DNA of 63,856 nucleotides, the filler included. It is 6 parts of 6 records of this genome, joined end to end, with 100 filler letters (N's around TTAATTAATTAA, not from the genome) between each part and the next. Parts side by side here need not be neighbours in the genome. Positions count along the whole stretch, not along the records: positions 10,659 to 24,645 come from SRR31147125_32285; positions 24,746 to 30,813 come from SRR31147125_32288; 4 more parts are not named here. One strand, written 5' to 3'. The notes under the pieces were generated by a model. That model made no database searches and was not told the origin of the DNA. It was given only the letters and a program-made list of their open reading frames with translations. Position 1 is the first letter of the stretch, and each line of letters begins with the position of its first letter. The position numbers were made by a program, and so were the translations under genes. Below are positions 19,791-29,848 of this stretch, piece after piece.

Positions 19791-20838
19791 TCCATTGAAT
19801 ATCGGAGTTGTCGGTTGTGGCTATTGGGGCCCAAATTTGATAAGAAATTTTCACTCACTTGGTGATGCACATGTAAAAATGGCTTGTGATGCAGATACAA
19901 AACGATTGGCACATATGCAAAGCTTGTATCCCACTGTAGAGGTTACAACTGATTTTGAAATGATAGTTAACAATGACGAGATTGATGCGATTGCTATCGC
20001 GACACCTGTTTCCACTCATTATGAATTAGCCCAAAAAAGTCTTTTGGCAGGGAAACATGTTTTTATTGAAAAACCTATGGCGGCTTCTTCTTTTCAATGT
20101 GAGACTTTGGTGAATATTGCCCAAAATAATAATAAAACCCTCATGGTCGGTCACACATTTGTTTATACGGCTGCCGTGCGAAAAATCAAAGAAATTATCG
20201 ATTCCGGTGAAATCGGTGATGTATTATATATAAGTTCGCGGCGTCTCAATCTGGGTTTATTCCAAAAAGATATCAATGTCGTTTGGGATTTGGCTCCGCA
20301 TGATTTATCCATCATACTCTATCTCATGAAAGATGAACCTGATTTCATCAATTGCCAGGGTAAAGCACATTTTGTTCCGGGCATAGAAGATGTGGCTACA
20401 CTTTCATTGCAGTTTCCCAATGGCAGGTTTGCTACAATTAATAGCAGTTGGCTTGATCCGCAAAAAATAAGAGAAATGAAAATCGTCGGGACGAAAAAAA
20501 TGATTGTCTATGATGATATAGAGCCATTGGAAAAGATAAAACTTTATGACAAGGGTGTTCAGGTACCGGATCATTATGATACGTATGCAGAATTTCACTA
20601 TTCTTATCATTATGGCGATGTTTATTCACCGTTTATAAAGCAAGTTGAGCCATTAAAAATAGAATGCCAGCATTTTCTGGATTGTATTAATAATAACGAG
20701 ATACCCGAATCATGTGGTGAAAAAGGTTTGCAGGTTGTGAAAATTCTTGAAGCTGCAAATTCATCGCTTGAAAAGAATGGGAGTGCTGTCGCACTTACGT
20801 CCAGTGATGAGTGCGTGAAGCCTGATGTGATGAAATAA
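19783..20838 (+). CDS. Gfo/Idh/MocA family oxidoreductase
   Basis: VVGCGYWGPN Rossmann motif, GKHVFIEKP, WDLAPHD. Confidence 0.92.
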   Translation: MPDPLNIGVVGCGYWGPNLIRNFHSLGDAHVKMACDADTKRLAHMQSLYPTVEVTTDFEMIVNNDEIDAIAIATPVSTHYELAQKSLLAGKHVFIEKPMAASSFQCETLVNIAQNNNKTLMVGHTFVYTAAVRKIKEIIDSGEIGDVLYISSRRLNLGLFQKDINVVWDLAPHDLSIILYLMKDEPDFINCQGKAHFVPGIEDVATLSLQFPNGRFATINSSWLDPQKIREMKIVGTKKMIVYDDIEPLEKIKLYDKGVQVPDHYDTYAEFHYSYHYGDVYSPFIKQVEPLKIECQHFLDCINNNEIPESCGEKGLQVVKILEAANSSLEKNGSAVALTSSDECVKPDVMK

Positions 20839-20868
20839 TCTTTTAATCTTGAAATCGAGTAATTTATC

Positions 20869-21702
20869 ATGCTAAACCCAAAAAAAGAAAATACACCTAA
20901 GAAATTACAATTGAATGAGGTCCAGACTAAACGAATAGAATATACCTCACGTATGGTGAATTCACTTCCTGAGTCTTTTCTGCCAAGTTTGCACAAAAGT
21001 TGGAAAACATTTTTTAATAACAACTATTACTCAGGATTAGGTGATGTAGATATATCAAGATTAATTGAAAAATATAAAAAAACATGTATACCTTCTCTGG
21101 TTTATGTTTCACTGAAATTACTCAAAGCCTTTATTAACTGCACGGATGAAGAATTGATCTCTTATTATAACTATGATTTAACGATTTGCTATTCTGTTTG
21201 GCTCCGGAATTTGGAAAACCACCAGTTTGCATCAACAATATTGAATGAGCAAATGAAGATATTGGACTCTGCAGATCCTTCTATTGAAAATGAGGAGAAA
21301 GATGACATGCTGCATCAGATGATATTAGATGGAATAAAAGGACTCGACTTTCAGGGCTCGGTACCTAATATAAACTTTTCAATATTTTATTCACAAATGA
21401 AAAAGTATTTTCTTCTTGAAACGTATATAACTATACTTCAAGGTTTTTATAATGATTTGCCGGATAAAGATCGCGATAGGTTTGAAAATCGGGTGCAGCA
21501 ATATATCGGTAGTGACGCTTCTCTTATTATATCAAAACTGGAATTTTCTGAATTGGATCTACATTTAAACCGCATTTTAGCTTTATTGTATTATTTTGAG
21601 ATGATCTATCGAAATCATGATCCTATAAATAAAATGAAAAATTATCAGGTTGCAAAAAAGGTGTTGAATGATAGATTTCATATTTCGACAGAATCCGAAT
21701 AG
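20869..21702 (+). CDS. Hypothetical protein resembling the N-terminal half of a DUF772/InsH-N-type transposase
   Basis: LPE....L.KSW..FF, LK.....TDEEL.....YDL...Y...L..L, and D...F......Y...HL.RI...Y....KV....F patterns; no catalytic half. Confidence 0.5.
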   Translation: MLNPKKENTPKKLQLNEVQTKRIEYTSRMVNSLPESFLPSLHKSWKTFFNNNYYSGLGDVDISRLIEKYKKTCIPSLVYVSLKLLKAFINCTDEELISYYNYDLTICYSVWLRNLENHQFASTILNEQMKILDSADPSIENEEKDDMLHQMILDGIKGLDFQGSVPNINFSIFYSQMKKYFLLETYITILQGFYNDLPDKDRDRFENRVQQYIGSDASLIISKLEFSELDLHLNRILALLYYFEMIYRNHDPINKMKNYQVAKKVLNDRFHISTESE

Positions 21703-21834
21703 CTTGTATTATGAATTGCAAAGAAATTCGTAATTAAAATGTATTAAACTCATTATTTGGTGGCAAAAGTGTTTTTATTTTCTAATATTCATAGAAATAG
21801 TGACGATAAGAATAACAGGGATAAGGATAAGGAA

Positions 21835-22314
21835 ATGAATTATCAAAAAATCGCTCCTGACGTTCAACTTGGCAGAGATGTCAAGGTCTTTAGTTTCGTG
21901 AATTTATATGGATGTGAAATTGGAGACAACAGTAAGGTCGGCACGTTTGTTGAAGTGCAAAAAGGAGCAAAGATTGGTAAAAATTGTAAAATATCCAGCC
22001 ACACGTTTATTTGCGAAGGTGTGACGATTGAGGATGATTGTTTTATCGGACATAATGTCACCTTTATTAATGATAAATATCCTCGCTCCGTCTCGCAGGA
22101 TGGTGAACTGCAAACCGAAGAGGATTGGGAATGTATACCAACCCTTGTGAAAAAAGGTGCTTCAATCGGCTCCAGTGCCACAATTATGTGCGATGTGATC
22201 ATTGGTGAAAATGCTATTGTCGGTGCGGGTAGTGTGGTTACAAAAGATGTCCCGGCAAATACGGTTGTAGCTGGAAATCCGGCACGTGTGATAAAATCAG
22301 TAACGGATAAATAA
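21835..22314 (+). CDS. Hexapeptide-repeat N-acetyltransferase (WbpD/WlbB-like)
   Basis: NLYGCEIGD..KVGTFVEVQKGAKIG..CKISSHTFICEGVTIED, GAGSVVTKDVP...VAGNPA; start moved to ATG 21835. Confidence 0.9.
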   Translation: MNYQKIAPDVQLGRDVKVFSFVNLYGCEIGDNSKVGTFVEVQKGAKIGKNCKISSHTFICEGVTIEDDCFIGHNVTFINDKYPRSVSQDGELQTEEDWECIPTLVKKGASIGSSATIMCDVIIGENAIVGAGSVVTKDVPANTVVAGNPARVIKSVTDK

Positions 22315-22336
22315 CACTTAAATATTTTTTGTATTT

Positions 22337-23383
22337 ATGGATGGACATACTCTTGAGATTGTGGATCCAACCAAGGTGGATAATTGGGATGAGATGGTCC
22401 TGACTGTACCAAATTATACATTTTTTCACTCCTCTCGTTGGGCTCACGTTCTTGTTGATACATATCATTTTAAACCTCTCTATCTCACATTATTTGAAAA
22501 GGATAATGTGCGGTTCCTGCTGCCTTTGATGGATGTAAATAGTTATGTTACAGGGCATCGTGGTATCTCTTTACCTTTTACAGATTATTGTGAACCGTTG
22601 ATGGATAACGGTTTCTCCCGTCCGAAGGATCTGCTTAGGCAAATTTGCCAAATCGGTAAAAAGAATGACTGGAATTATTTGGAAATTCGTGGGTGTGGGC
22701 ACCTCTTGAACGAAAAAACATGTTCAAAAAAATATTACGGCCACGCTTTAAATATTGCCAGGGCTGAGGATGAACTCTTTTCGGCTATTAAAAACAGCGG
22801 GCGACGAAATATTCGAAAAGCATTAAAGGGAAATGTAACAGTTGAAATCGATAACTCTCTGACAGCATTAAACGAGTTTTATCGTCTAAACTGTCTGACC
22901 AGAAAAAAACATGGCTTGCCTCCACAACCCTTTTCTTTTTTCAGGAATATATATAAACATATTCTTTCCAAACAGTTGGGTTCCATTTTTACGGCTACAT
23001 TTGAAAATAAAATTATTGCCGCTGCTATTTACTTTCACTTTGGCGCAAAGGTTATTTACAAATTTGGCGCTTCGGATCATAAATACCTGCAGCTAAGAGC
23101 AAATAATCTTGTGATGTGGGAAGCCATCCGCCATTATGCTGCTGATGGATTTGAGGAATTTGATTTTGGAAAAACAGAGTTTGAAAATGATGGTCTACGA
23201 CGTTATAAATTAGGTTGGGGTGTGGAGGAACGAATAATTCAATACTATAAATATGATTTTCTTTCGGGAAATTACACGAGCGAGCGTTCAAAAGAGAGTG
23301 GTTGGTATAATCATGCATTTGGGATAATGCCTGTTCCTCTATTAAAATTGATGGGAAATGTCATGTATAAACATGTTGCCTAG
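22337..23383 (+). CDS. FemAB-like GNAT family protein (EPS-associated)
   Basis: FFHS..W, SLPFTDYC.PL, RRNIRKA, ANNLVMWEAI, FDFGKT....GLRRYKLGWG. Confidence 0.85.
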   Translation: MDGHTLEIVDPTKVDNWDEMVLTVPNYTFFHSSRWAHVLVDTYHFKPLYLTLFEKDNVRFLLPLMDVNSYVTGHRGISLPFTDYCEPLMDNGFSRPKDLLRQICQIGKKNDWNYLEIRGCGHLLNEKTCSKKYYGHALNIARAEDELFSAIKNSGRRNIRKALKGNVTVEIDNSLTALNEFYRLNCLTRKKHGLPPQPFSFFRNIYKHILSKQLGSIFTATFENKIIAAAIYFHFGAKVIYKFGASDHKYLQLRANNLVMWEAIRHYAADGFEEFDFGKTEFENDGLRRYKLGWGVEERIIQYYKYDFLSGNYTSERSKESGWYNHAFGIMPVPLLKLMGNVMYKHVA

Positions 23384-23438
23384 ACCGAGCGATTGCCAAT
23401 ACAGCATTCCCTTTTTACTATATTTACCAAGAGGATAT

Positions 23439-24359
23439 ATGTTAGGAAAAGAAATATACTATGCGATAAAGCCTTTAATACCACGACAGACGCAAATTAT
23501 GCTGCGAAGGAAATTGATTCATTATAAACGGTCTCGTTATACCGATGTATGGCCCATAGATCCGCACACAAATAATCCCCCTGAGAATTGGTCTGGATGG
23601 CCGGAGAATAAACGATTTGCTGTTGTGTTGACGCACGATGTTGAAGGCATTAAAGGCCAGAAAAAGTGCCAGCAGTTGATGCGCATGGAGCAAGACATTG
23701 GATTTCGATCATCTTTTAATTTTGTACCGGAAAGATGTGTCAATGAATCGGAATTGAGATCCACACTTTTGCAAAATGGTTTTGAGGTTGGCGTTCATGG
23801 ACTGAATCATGATGGCAAACTGTATAGTTCGCATAAAACATTTTTAGAGCGAGCGAACAAGATTAACACCTATATCAAAGAGTGGAAAGCGGTCGGATTC
23901 CGATCTCCAGCCATGCATCATAATTTAGACTGGATACACGAATTGAATATAGAATATGATGCTTCTACTTTTGATACAGATCCATTTGAGCCGCAGTCAG
24001 ATGGTGTGCATACAATTTATCCCTTTTGGGTAGCTAATAATCTTATTCAAGATGGATATGTGGAGCTCCCGTATACGTTGGCTCAGGATTTCACCCTTTT
24101 CATACTTTTGAATGAAAAGAACAATGATATCTGGAAACGGAAATTAGACTGGATTGCTGAGAATGGTGGAATGGTGCTCATGAATACTCATCCGGATTAC
24201 ATGAGTTTGGGAGGCCGGAAACCACAATTGGAAGAATATCCGGTTGAATATTATACTGATTTTCTTGAGCACCTTAAAAATCAATATGAAGGGTTTTATT
24301 GGCATGTTTTGCCAAAAGATATGTCGCGATATTGGGTGAAAAATATAGTAAAAAGATAA
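23439..24359 (+). CDS. Polysaccharide deacetylase-like (NodB fold) protein
   Basis: LTHDVE, FEVGVHGLNHDG, GFRSP, YDAS, ELPYTLAQD, THPDY. Confidence 0.8.
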   Translation: MLGKEIYYAIKPLIPRQTQIMLRRKLIHYKRSRYTDVWPIDPHTNNPPENWSGWPENKRFAVVLTHDVEGIKGQKKCQQLMRMEQDIGFRSSFNFVPERCVNESELRSTLLQNGFEVGVHGLNHDGKLYSSHKTFLERANKINTYIKEWKAVGFRSPAMHHNLDWIHELNIEYDASTFDTDPFEPQSDGVHTIYPFWVANNLIQDGYVELPYTLAQDFTLFILLNEKNNDIWKRKLDWIAENGGMVLMNTHPDYMSLGGRKPQLEEYPVEYYTDFLEHLKNQYEGFYWHVLPKDMSRYWVKNIVKR

Positions 24360-24645
24360 TGTGTGAATAATGATTACATATTATTCAATCTGCATTTATG
24401 TATGATTGGAATTATATATTATTATGAATAATCATCTAATAAAATTAAATCACATACTGTATGTTTTTCTGAAAAACCGTAGGTCGAATTTATTATCATG
24501 AATCCAAGTTTCCGGTCAGGTACGTGGATTTTTATTATCCGGAAAGCTTTTCTCATGTAATCTGTAAACTTTTTGTGATTCATAAATATATTTCAAAATA
24601 TGATATTATGCTATTGAAAGGCATTTTAAGAAATGTTTAAAAAAA

Positions 24646-24745
24646 NNNNNNNNNNNNNNNNNNNNNNNNNNNNNNNNNNNNNNNNNNNNTTAATTAATTA
24701 ANNNNNNNNNNNNNNNNNNNNNNNNNNNNNNNNNNNNNNNNNNNN
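24646..24745. other. Artificial contig spacer
   Basis: 44 N + TTAATTAATTAA + 44 N. Confidence 0.99.
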
Positions 24746-24848
24746 GCCTTCCCTTGTGCTCGACCCTCTCTTTTTGCATCTGTATAGTTTTATATACACC
24801 CGAACCGACTGTGCCAAGCCCGATAAGCGCTATGTTAACCTGTTTCAA
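24746..24848 (-). CDS. hom: Homoserine dehydrogenase, N-terminal fragment (truncated by contig end; not in ORF track)
   Basis: Manual translation from TTG 24848: MKQVNIALIGLGTVGSGVYKTIQMQKERVEHK; begins 14 nt after the coaX stop. Confidence 0.75.
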
Positions 24849-24862
24849 AACCCTTCACCCCG

Positions 24863-25633
24863 CTACTTATTCTTATTCAACTCGTATATTTGGTGCAGTC
24901 CGACAAGCGTGAGCAGACTGTTTATCTCATCTATTTCTTTAGACTCCTGCGCAACGATATTTGCAAGCCCGCCTGTTGCGATTACTTTTGCAGGCTCTCC
25001 AAGCTCCTTTTTAAACCTTGATATTATATAATCGACTTGTCCGACATAACCGTATATAATACCTGCCTGCATTCCGGCAACGGTGCTTTTGCCGATAACG
25101 CTTGCCGGTTTATTCAGCTCTATCCTTGGCAGTCTTGCTGCATTAAGCGTAAGAGCTTCCGCAGATATCTTAAGACCCGGGCATATTGCACCGCCCAAAA
25201 AATCAGCGTTCTTTGTAACGACTCCAAACGTAGTTGCAGTTCCGAAATCGACGATAATACACGGACCTCCATAAAGGTGATACGCAGCAATTGCCCCGAC
25301 GATACGGTCAGCGCCAAGCTCTTTTGGGTCGTCGTACTTTATGTTTATACCTGTTTTAATACCCGGTTCAACAAACACCGGCTTTTTATTAAAGTATATA
25401 GTGCACATGTGCTGCAGCGTATAATTGATAGAGGGTATAACGCTTGAAATAACTATGCGTTTAATATCATCAATATTATGCCCCACATGAGACAAAAAAG
25501 CTATGGTACGTATGCCGTATTCATCAGAAGTCCTCTCAAGGCTTGTCGTCATCCTCCAAGAGTTCTTCAACTGTCCGTTTTGAAAAAGTCCGCATTTTAT
25601 GTTGGAATTTCCAACATCCATTACAAATATCAT
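24863..25633 (-). CDS. coaX: Type III pantothenate kinase
   Basis: DVGNSNIK, SSVIP, ELGADRI, IVDFGTATT, GGAICPG, ATGG. Confidence 0.95.
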   Translation of the reverse strand: MIFVMDVGNSNIKCGLFQNGQLKNSWRMTTSLERTSDEYGIRTIAFLSHVGHNIDDIKRIVISSVIPSINYTLQHMCTIYFNKKPVFVEPGIKTGINIKYDDPKELGADRIVGAIAAYHLYGGPCIIVDFGTATTFGVVTKNADFLGGAICPGLKISAEALTLNAARLPRIELNKPASVIGKSTVAGMQAGIIYGYVGQVDYIISRFKKELGEPAKVIATGGLANIVAQESKEIDEINSLLTLVGLHQIYELNKNK

Positions 25634-26245
25634 CTAGTTCTCCGTTTTTTGTCTGTTCTTGTTCTTAAATTTTGTAATTGCAAGTATAATCGGTATACAC
25701 AGCACGACGGCTACTGCCGCTTCTATAAGCCCGTTGAACCCTGCGATTCCAAGAAGAGCAGCGCCTAATGCATCTGCTGCGGTTCCAAGAGCTGCTGCAA
25801 ACTCGGGTGCAACAAGTACATATACCCCAAGCAGCACGAATACAGTGTTAGTCAGCGAGCCGATTGCTGCTGTAATTCCTGCATTTACAGGAAGGAGCTT
25901 TCCTCTAAACAACTTCTTCAGACCTATGTAGGTAAGATAAGCGATCACAGGTACTATAAGCCTTGGTATTATCAGTATAATCAGCGTATAGAAAGGCTTT
26001 GCCTGAAAGACCGGCATGAAAACCGATGGAAACATAAACAGCTGTGCGACGCTTGTAAGCCCGAAAATAAGCCCTAGAAACAATCCCGTACCAAGTCCTT
26101 CAAGTACAACCCCTATAATAACGGGAATGGTCATCAGTGTAATCTTCGCTATCGGTCCAGGTATATAGCCTATGGTCAATCCGAGAAGTATCGTGATTGC
26201 CGCTAAGATAGCAGTAATAGTCAGTTTCCTTGTTTTTTCTCTCAT
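25634..26245 (-). CDS. panT: ECF transporter S component, pantothenate-type (PanT-like)
   Basis: Hydrophobic; GYIP.....ITLM.IPVIIG..LEG...G..LGLIFGLTS, IPR, GSLTNTVFVL, NGLIEA; GGAGG RBS; directly upstream of coaX. Confidence 0.8.
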   Translation of the reverse strand: MREKTRKLTITAILAAITILLGLTIGYIPGPIAKITLMTIPVIIGVVLEGLGTGLFLGLIFGLTSVAQLFMFPSVFMPVFQAKPFYTLIILIIPRLIVPVIAYLTYIGLKKLFRGKLLPVNAGITAAIGSLTNTVFVLLGVYVLVAPEFAAALGTAADALGAALLGIAGFNGLIEAAVAVVLCIPIILAITKFKNKNRQKTEN

Positions 26246-26324
26246 TATTACCTCCGTTCGAATTTCTTTTGGCATCAGCCTTTTAGAATATCCGACTTTG
26301 TTATTTTATTTAGCTTTTCATGTT

Positions 26325-26357
26325 TTGCGTAGCGCTGAGCTTGTCATGCACTCGCAA
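26325..26357 (-). ncRNA. 5' leader hairpin resembling the pan RNA motif
   Basis: Minus strand TTGCG-AGTGC-A-TGA-CAAGC-TCA-GCGCT-A-CGCAA: stem with two bulged A residues, just downstream of the promoter and upstream of pantothenate genes. Confidence 0.55.
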
Positions 26358-26376
26358 TAGAAAAACTATGAAACTC

Positions 26377-26405
26377 ATTATACCAATTAGTAAAGTATAT
26401 CGCAA
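26377..26405 (-). promoter_or_regulatory. sigmaA promoter of panT-coaX-hom
   Basis: TTGCGA-17 nt-TATAAT with extended TGn -10. Confidence 0.65.
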
Positions 26406-26422
26406 TTATATTTTTATAGCGA

Positions 26423-27736
26423 TCACTTGTCATCTTTTCTCATATACTTTCTTGTTTCTTTTATCTTTCTCTCATATCCTTCGTCAGAAGGCTCGTAATA
26501 TACATTGTCTTTTAAGTTGTCGGGAAGATATTGCTGTGGGGTATAGTGTCTCTCGAAGTCATGTGCATATTTATATCCTTTGCCGTTTCCTAACGACTTT
26601 GCCCCGTTATAGTGAGTGTCTCTTAAGTGAAGAGGTACAGGCTCCTGATATGCATGCTCGGCATCATGAAAAGCGCCGTCTATGGCAACGCAAACAGAGT
26701 TGGATTTAGGCGATTCGCACACAAATATGATAGCCTGAGCTATCGAAAGCCTTGCCTCCGGCATGCCCACAAACTCAAGCGCATTTGCCGCCGCAACAGC
26801 CTGTGTCATTGCCGAAGGGTTTGCAAGCCCAACGTCTTCGCTGGCGTGCGCTATTATACGCCTTACTATAAGCCTCGGGTCGACCCCGGCGTAAATGAGC
26901 CGTGCGAACCAGAACAGGGCAGCGTTAGCGTCGCTTCCTCTGAGCGATTTACAGAAAGCTGACAGCATGTTGTAATACTCTTCGTCGTCGCATCTTACTG
27001 CACGACGCTGTATGGATTCTTCCGCTGTATCTAAATCTATGTGTATGCTTCCGTCTTCAAGCGGAGCAGTTGTCAGTACAGCAAGTTCTATGGCGTTAAG
27101 AGCGGTCCTTGCGTCACCGTTTGCTACGTTTGCAATATGGTCTATTGCATCTTCGTCGAAGTTTACATTAAGATCTCCAAAGCCACGTTCTTTGTCCTCG
27201 ATAGCGCTTCTCATTATCTGCCTGATGTCGTCCGTTGTCAGCGCAAAGAACTGGAACAGCCTGCATCTTGAGACTATAGCACTTGTCATGCTCACCATAG
27301 GGTTCTCAGTGGTAGAGCCTATGAATCGTATTGTACCCTGTTCAAGAGCCGGAAGAATGCTGTCGCTCTGGGTCTTAGACCACCTGTGGCACTCGTCGAG
27401 AAGCAGGTAAGTAGGCTGACCGTACATACGCAGTCTCACGTCCGCCTGCTCTATTATCTTCCTTACTTCCTTAACGCCGCTGGTTACGGCGTTAAGCTTT
27501 TCAAAAGCAGCGCCGGTAGATCCTGCGATAACAGATGCAAGCGTAGTCTTGCCTGACCCCGGAGGGCCGAAAAATATAGAAGAAGTAAGACTGTCAGTCT
27601 CGATAGCACGTCTAAGCAGCTTGCCTTTTCCGACTATATGAGCCTGACCGAAAAATTCGTCAAGATTCCTCGGTCTCATTCTGTCGGCAAGCGGAGCGGT
27701 CTTGCTTCTTGTGAATTCAAACAGATCGTTATCCAA
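26423..27736 (-). CDS. rarA: Replication-associated recombination protein A (AAA+ ATPase)
   Basis: PLADRMRP...GQ.HI, GPPGSGKTT, DECHR, TTENP, SAFCKSLRGSD, ASEDVGLA, GYKYAHD. Confidence 0.95.
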   Translation of the reverse strand: MDNDLFEFTRSKTAPLADRMRPRNLDEFFGQAHIVGKGKLLRRAIETDSLTSSIFFGPPGSGKTTLASVIAGSTGAAFEKLNAVTSGVKEVRKIIEQADVRLRMYGQPTYLLLDECHRWSKTQSDSILPALEQGTIRFIGSTTENPMVSMTSAIVSRCRLFQFFALTTDDIRQIMRSAIEDKERGFGDLNVNFDEDAIDHIANVANGDARTALNAIELAVLTTAPLEDGSIHIDLDTAEESIQRRAVRCDDEEYYNMLSAFCKSLRGSDANAALFWFARLIYAGVDPRLIVRRIIAHASEDVGLANPSAMTQAVAAANALEFVGMPEARLSIAQAIIFVCESPKSNSVCVAIDGAFHDAEHAYQEPVPLHLRDTHYNGAKSLGNGKGYKYAHDFERHYTPQQYLPDNLKDNVYYEPSDEGYERKIKETRKYMRKDDK

Positions 27737-27944
27737 AGCGTTTTTCCTCTCTTCTTTATAAGCGAATTATACCATATCCGTTAAACTAAGGGCAACAGAT
27801 GTTCTTATCGGTTAATGGGTGAAGATATTCTATTCAAATAATAAGTGGAAAATAAACAAAACTATACCATTTATATCAATACGGTTGTATAATTTAAACG
27901 GCGTAAATCACTCGAGTAATATTTTTAAGATAAAGGAGAGCATT

Positions 27945-29366
27945 ATGAAAAAGGTGTTGTGTTGTCTGATGATAGTAACAATGACGTTATCGCTGTTATC
28001 AGGCTGTGCAAGAGAACTGACAGTCGATGAAATGCTTGAAAAGATAGACGAAGAAGCAATATTAGAGAGAGCAGAAGAAATATTAGCTCAAAGAGAAGAA
28101 AAAATACAAACAACAGAACCGGTCAAAACGCCTAAGCCGGAGGTACAGGCTTCCCAGGCGCCGGAGCAAACACCTGTTATACTATCAGCGCCGATAGAAC
28201 TCTTGGGCGAAGAGCTGAATCCGTTCTTTGATGTAGAGTTTCCTGCCGGCTGTACTATATATGCTGCGTATTTTGAAACAGGAGATAAAGAAAAAGGAAC
28301 AGGGCCGAATTATGTGCTGTTTGCGACCGCAGAGGGAGAACCGGCAGATACAGTAAGGTTTGTATGTGAACTTTGCGGGTTTAATGATGAAGACAGCATA
28401 AACGAACAAATCATTCAGATTAACAATGAGCACTTCTGTTCTATTGACGGCACACAGAATGGGAACGGAATGAATATTATGTGTCTTGTTAAAGAGACGG
28501 AAGAGCGCTATGAGCAGGAAAATGTTAAGGAAGTGGACGGGTGCAGGATAGAACTGACGGCGTTTATAGATGATAACCTTACAGAATCCTACAAAAAAGT
28601 CGTTGACGAGAACTTTAACATGAACATGTTCGTCGGGTTAGAGGATGCTTTCTCGTCTGGAATAAATAATGAATTCGGGTGTACTGTTAATACATATAAT
28701 CCGGCTTTTACAACAGTGCACAGAATATACGAGGTATCGGATGCAGCCGGTCTTCGTGATAGGATACTGTCGGACATGGATTACAATTGGTATGATGAAG
28801 ACAGTCAGCGAATGGAGGTTTCCTACGGCAGGATAAGCGCAGAAATATCTTTTGAAGACAGCAGCGTAATGATAATTCAAAAGCTGCACGATTCACTAAC
28901 TTCCTCTGCTAATTATGTAAAACCGGAAGTCTCTCTGGAAACGCTGGGGTTTTTCAACGCCGGTCAAGGTACGGCTTATGTGTTTGAAGACAGAGAACAT
29001 GGGTTTTCCATTGCAGTAGACAAACCCGAGTGGGGGCAGGAAGAAGGAAGCTGGGATATGGAGTTCCTATGTGAAATGGAGAACGGTTCTTTGGTTGCGG
29101 TATGGTATTATGTTGGTGAACAAAAGCTGGTTATACAAGCAGATAAGGATGGATCCTCGGCTAAATATGAATATTACATAGATACAGGAGAGTTTGGCGG
29201 AGAATATCCTGATGCAGAAACGGTACAGAATATTTTTAAGAAAGTTTTCGATGTGCCGGATTCACTGGAATATCCATATGAAGCGGCAGTGGAAAGACAG
29301 AAGAGTATCGTATATGATGCGTTTGGTTTGACACTGGATGAAATATATGCACTGCCTGAAAGGTAA
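27945..29366 (+). CDS. Uncharacterised acidic lipoprotein
   Basis: AAGGAG RBS before ATG 27945; MKK + hydrophobic stretch + LSG-C lipobox; Pro/Glu linker. Confidence 0.75.
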   Translation: MKKVLCCLMIVTMTLSLLSGCARELTVDEMLEKIDEEAILERAEEILAQREEKIQTTEPVKTPKPEVQASQAPEQTPVILSAPIELLGEELNPFFDVEFPAGCTIYAAYFETGDKEKGTGPNYVLFATAEGEPADTVRFVCELCGFNDEDSINEQIIQINNEHFCSIDGTQNGNGMNIMCLVKETEERYEQENVKEVDGCRIELTAFIDDNLTESYKKVVDENFNMNMFVGLEDAFSSGINNEFGCTVNTYNPAFTTVHRIYEVSDAAGLRDRILSDMDYNWYDEDSQRMEVSYGRISAEISFEDSSVMIIQKLHDSLTSSANYVKPEVSLETLGFFNAGQGTAYVFEDREHGFSIAVDKPEWGQEEGSWDMEFLCEMENGSLVAVWYYVGEQKLVIQADKDGSSAKYEYYIDTGEFGGEYPDAETVQNIFKKVFDVPDSLEYPYEAAVERQKSIVYDAFGLTLDEIYALPER

Positions 29367-29372
29367 ATAAAT

Positions 29373-29399
29373 AGAGCGGCCTATTTTTAAAGCCGCTCT
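29373..29399. terminator. Bidirectional intrinsic terminator
   Basis: AGAGCGGC-N11-GCCGCTCT between convergent genes. Confidence 0.75.
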
Positions 29400-29408
29400 T
29401 GAAAAACA

Positions 29409-29843
29409 TTATTTATTCTCTGTTACAGTTATCTTGCACGTCGCTTCGTCGCAGCGGCTAAGGTCGATATCATATTTATAACCAAGCGGCTCAAGCACAT
29501 TACGGTACAGTATGTCGCAGTGTTCGCAATAGTCCGCATACGGCTCTATGTGCTTTGTCTCCATGAGTAGGCCTTTGGACGGGCATTTATGCATTTCAAT
29601 AGAGAAATACCCGTTTTCTTCGTCAAGTGTCATTGTAAAGTCCGCTGCTTCCTCGTTAAGCGTGTGAGACCAATAGTTATAGCATCCTCGAAGACCGTTC
29701 TCGGCTGCTTCCTTTCTCAGCAGGTCAAGACCATCTGCGGATATAGTCTCCCAATACTTAACGACAGCCTCCTTGCCGCCCTTTCTCTCTAAGAACTTGA
29801 AAAGCTCGCTGTACGCAGGTATGAATTCTGTACACGATATCAT
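29409..29843 (-). CDS. Cys-rich hypothetical protein, V4R/ATC-hydrolase-like fold
   Basis: MISCTEF, MHKCPSKG, YCEHCD, C-terminal C..C; GGAGG RBS. Confidence 0.6.
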   Translation of the reverse strand: MISCTEFIPAYSELFKFLERKGGKEAVVKYWETISADGLDLLRKEAAENGLRGCYNYWSHTLNEEAADFTMTLDEENGYFSIEMHKCPSKGLLMETKHIEPYADYCEHCDILYRNVLEPLGYKYDIDLSRCDEATCKITVTENK

Positions 29844-29848
29844 TTACT

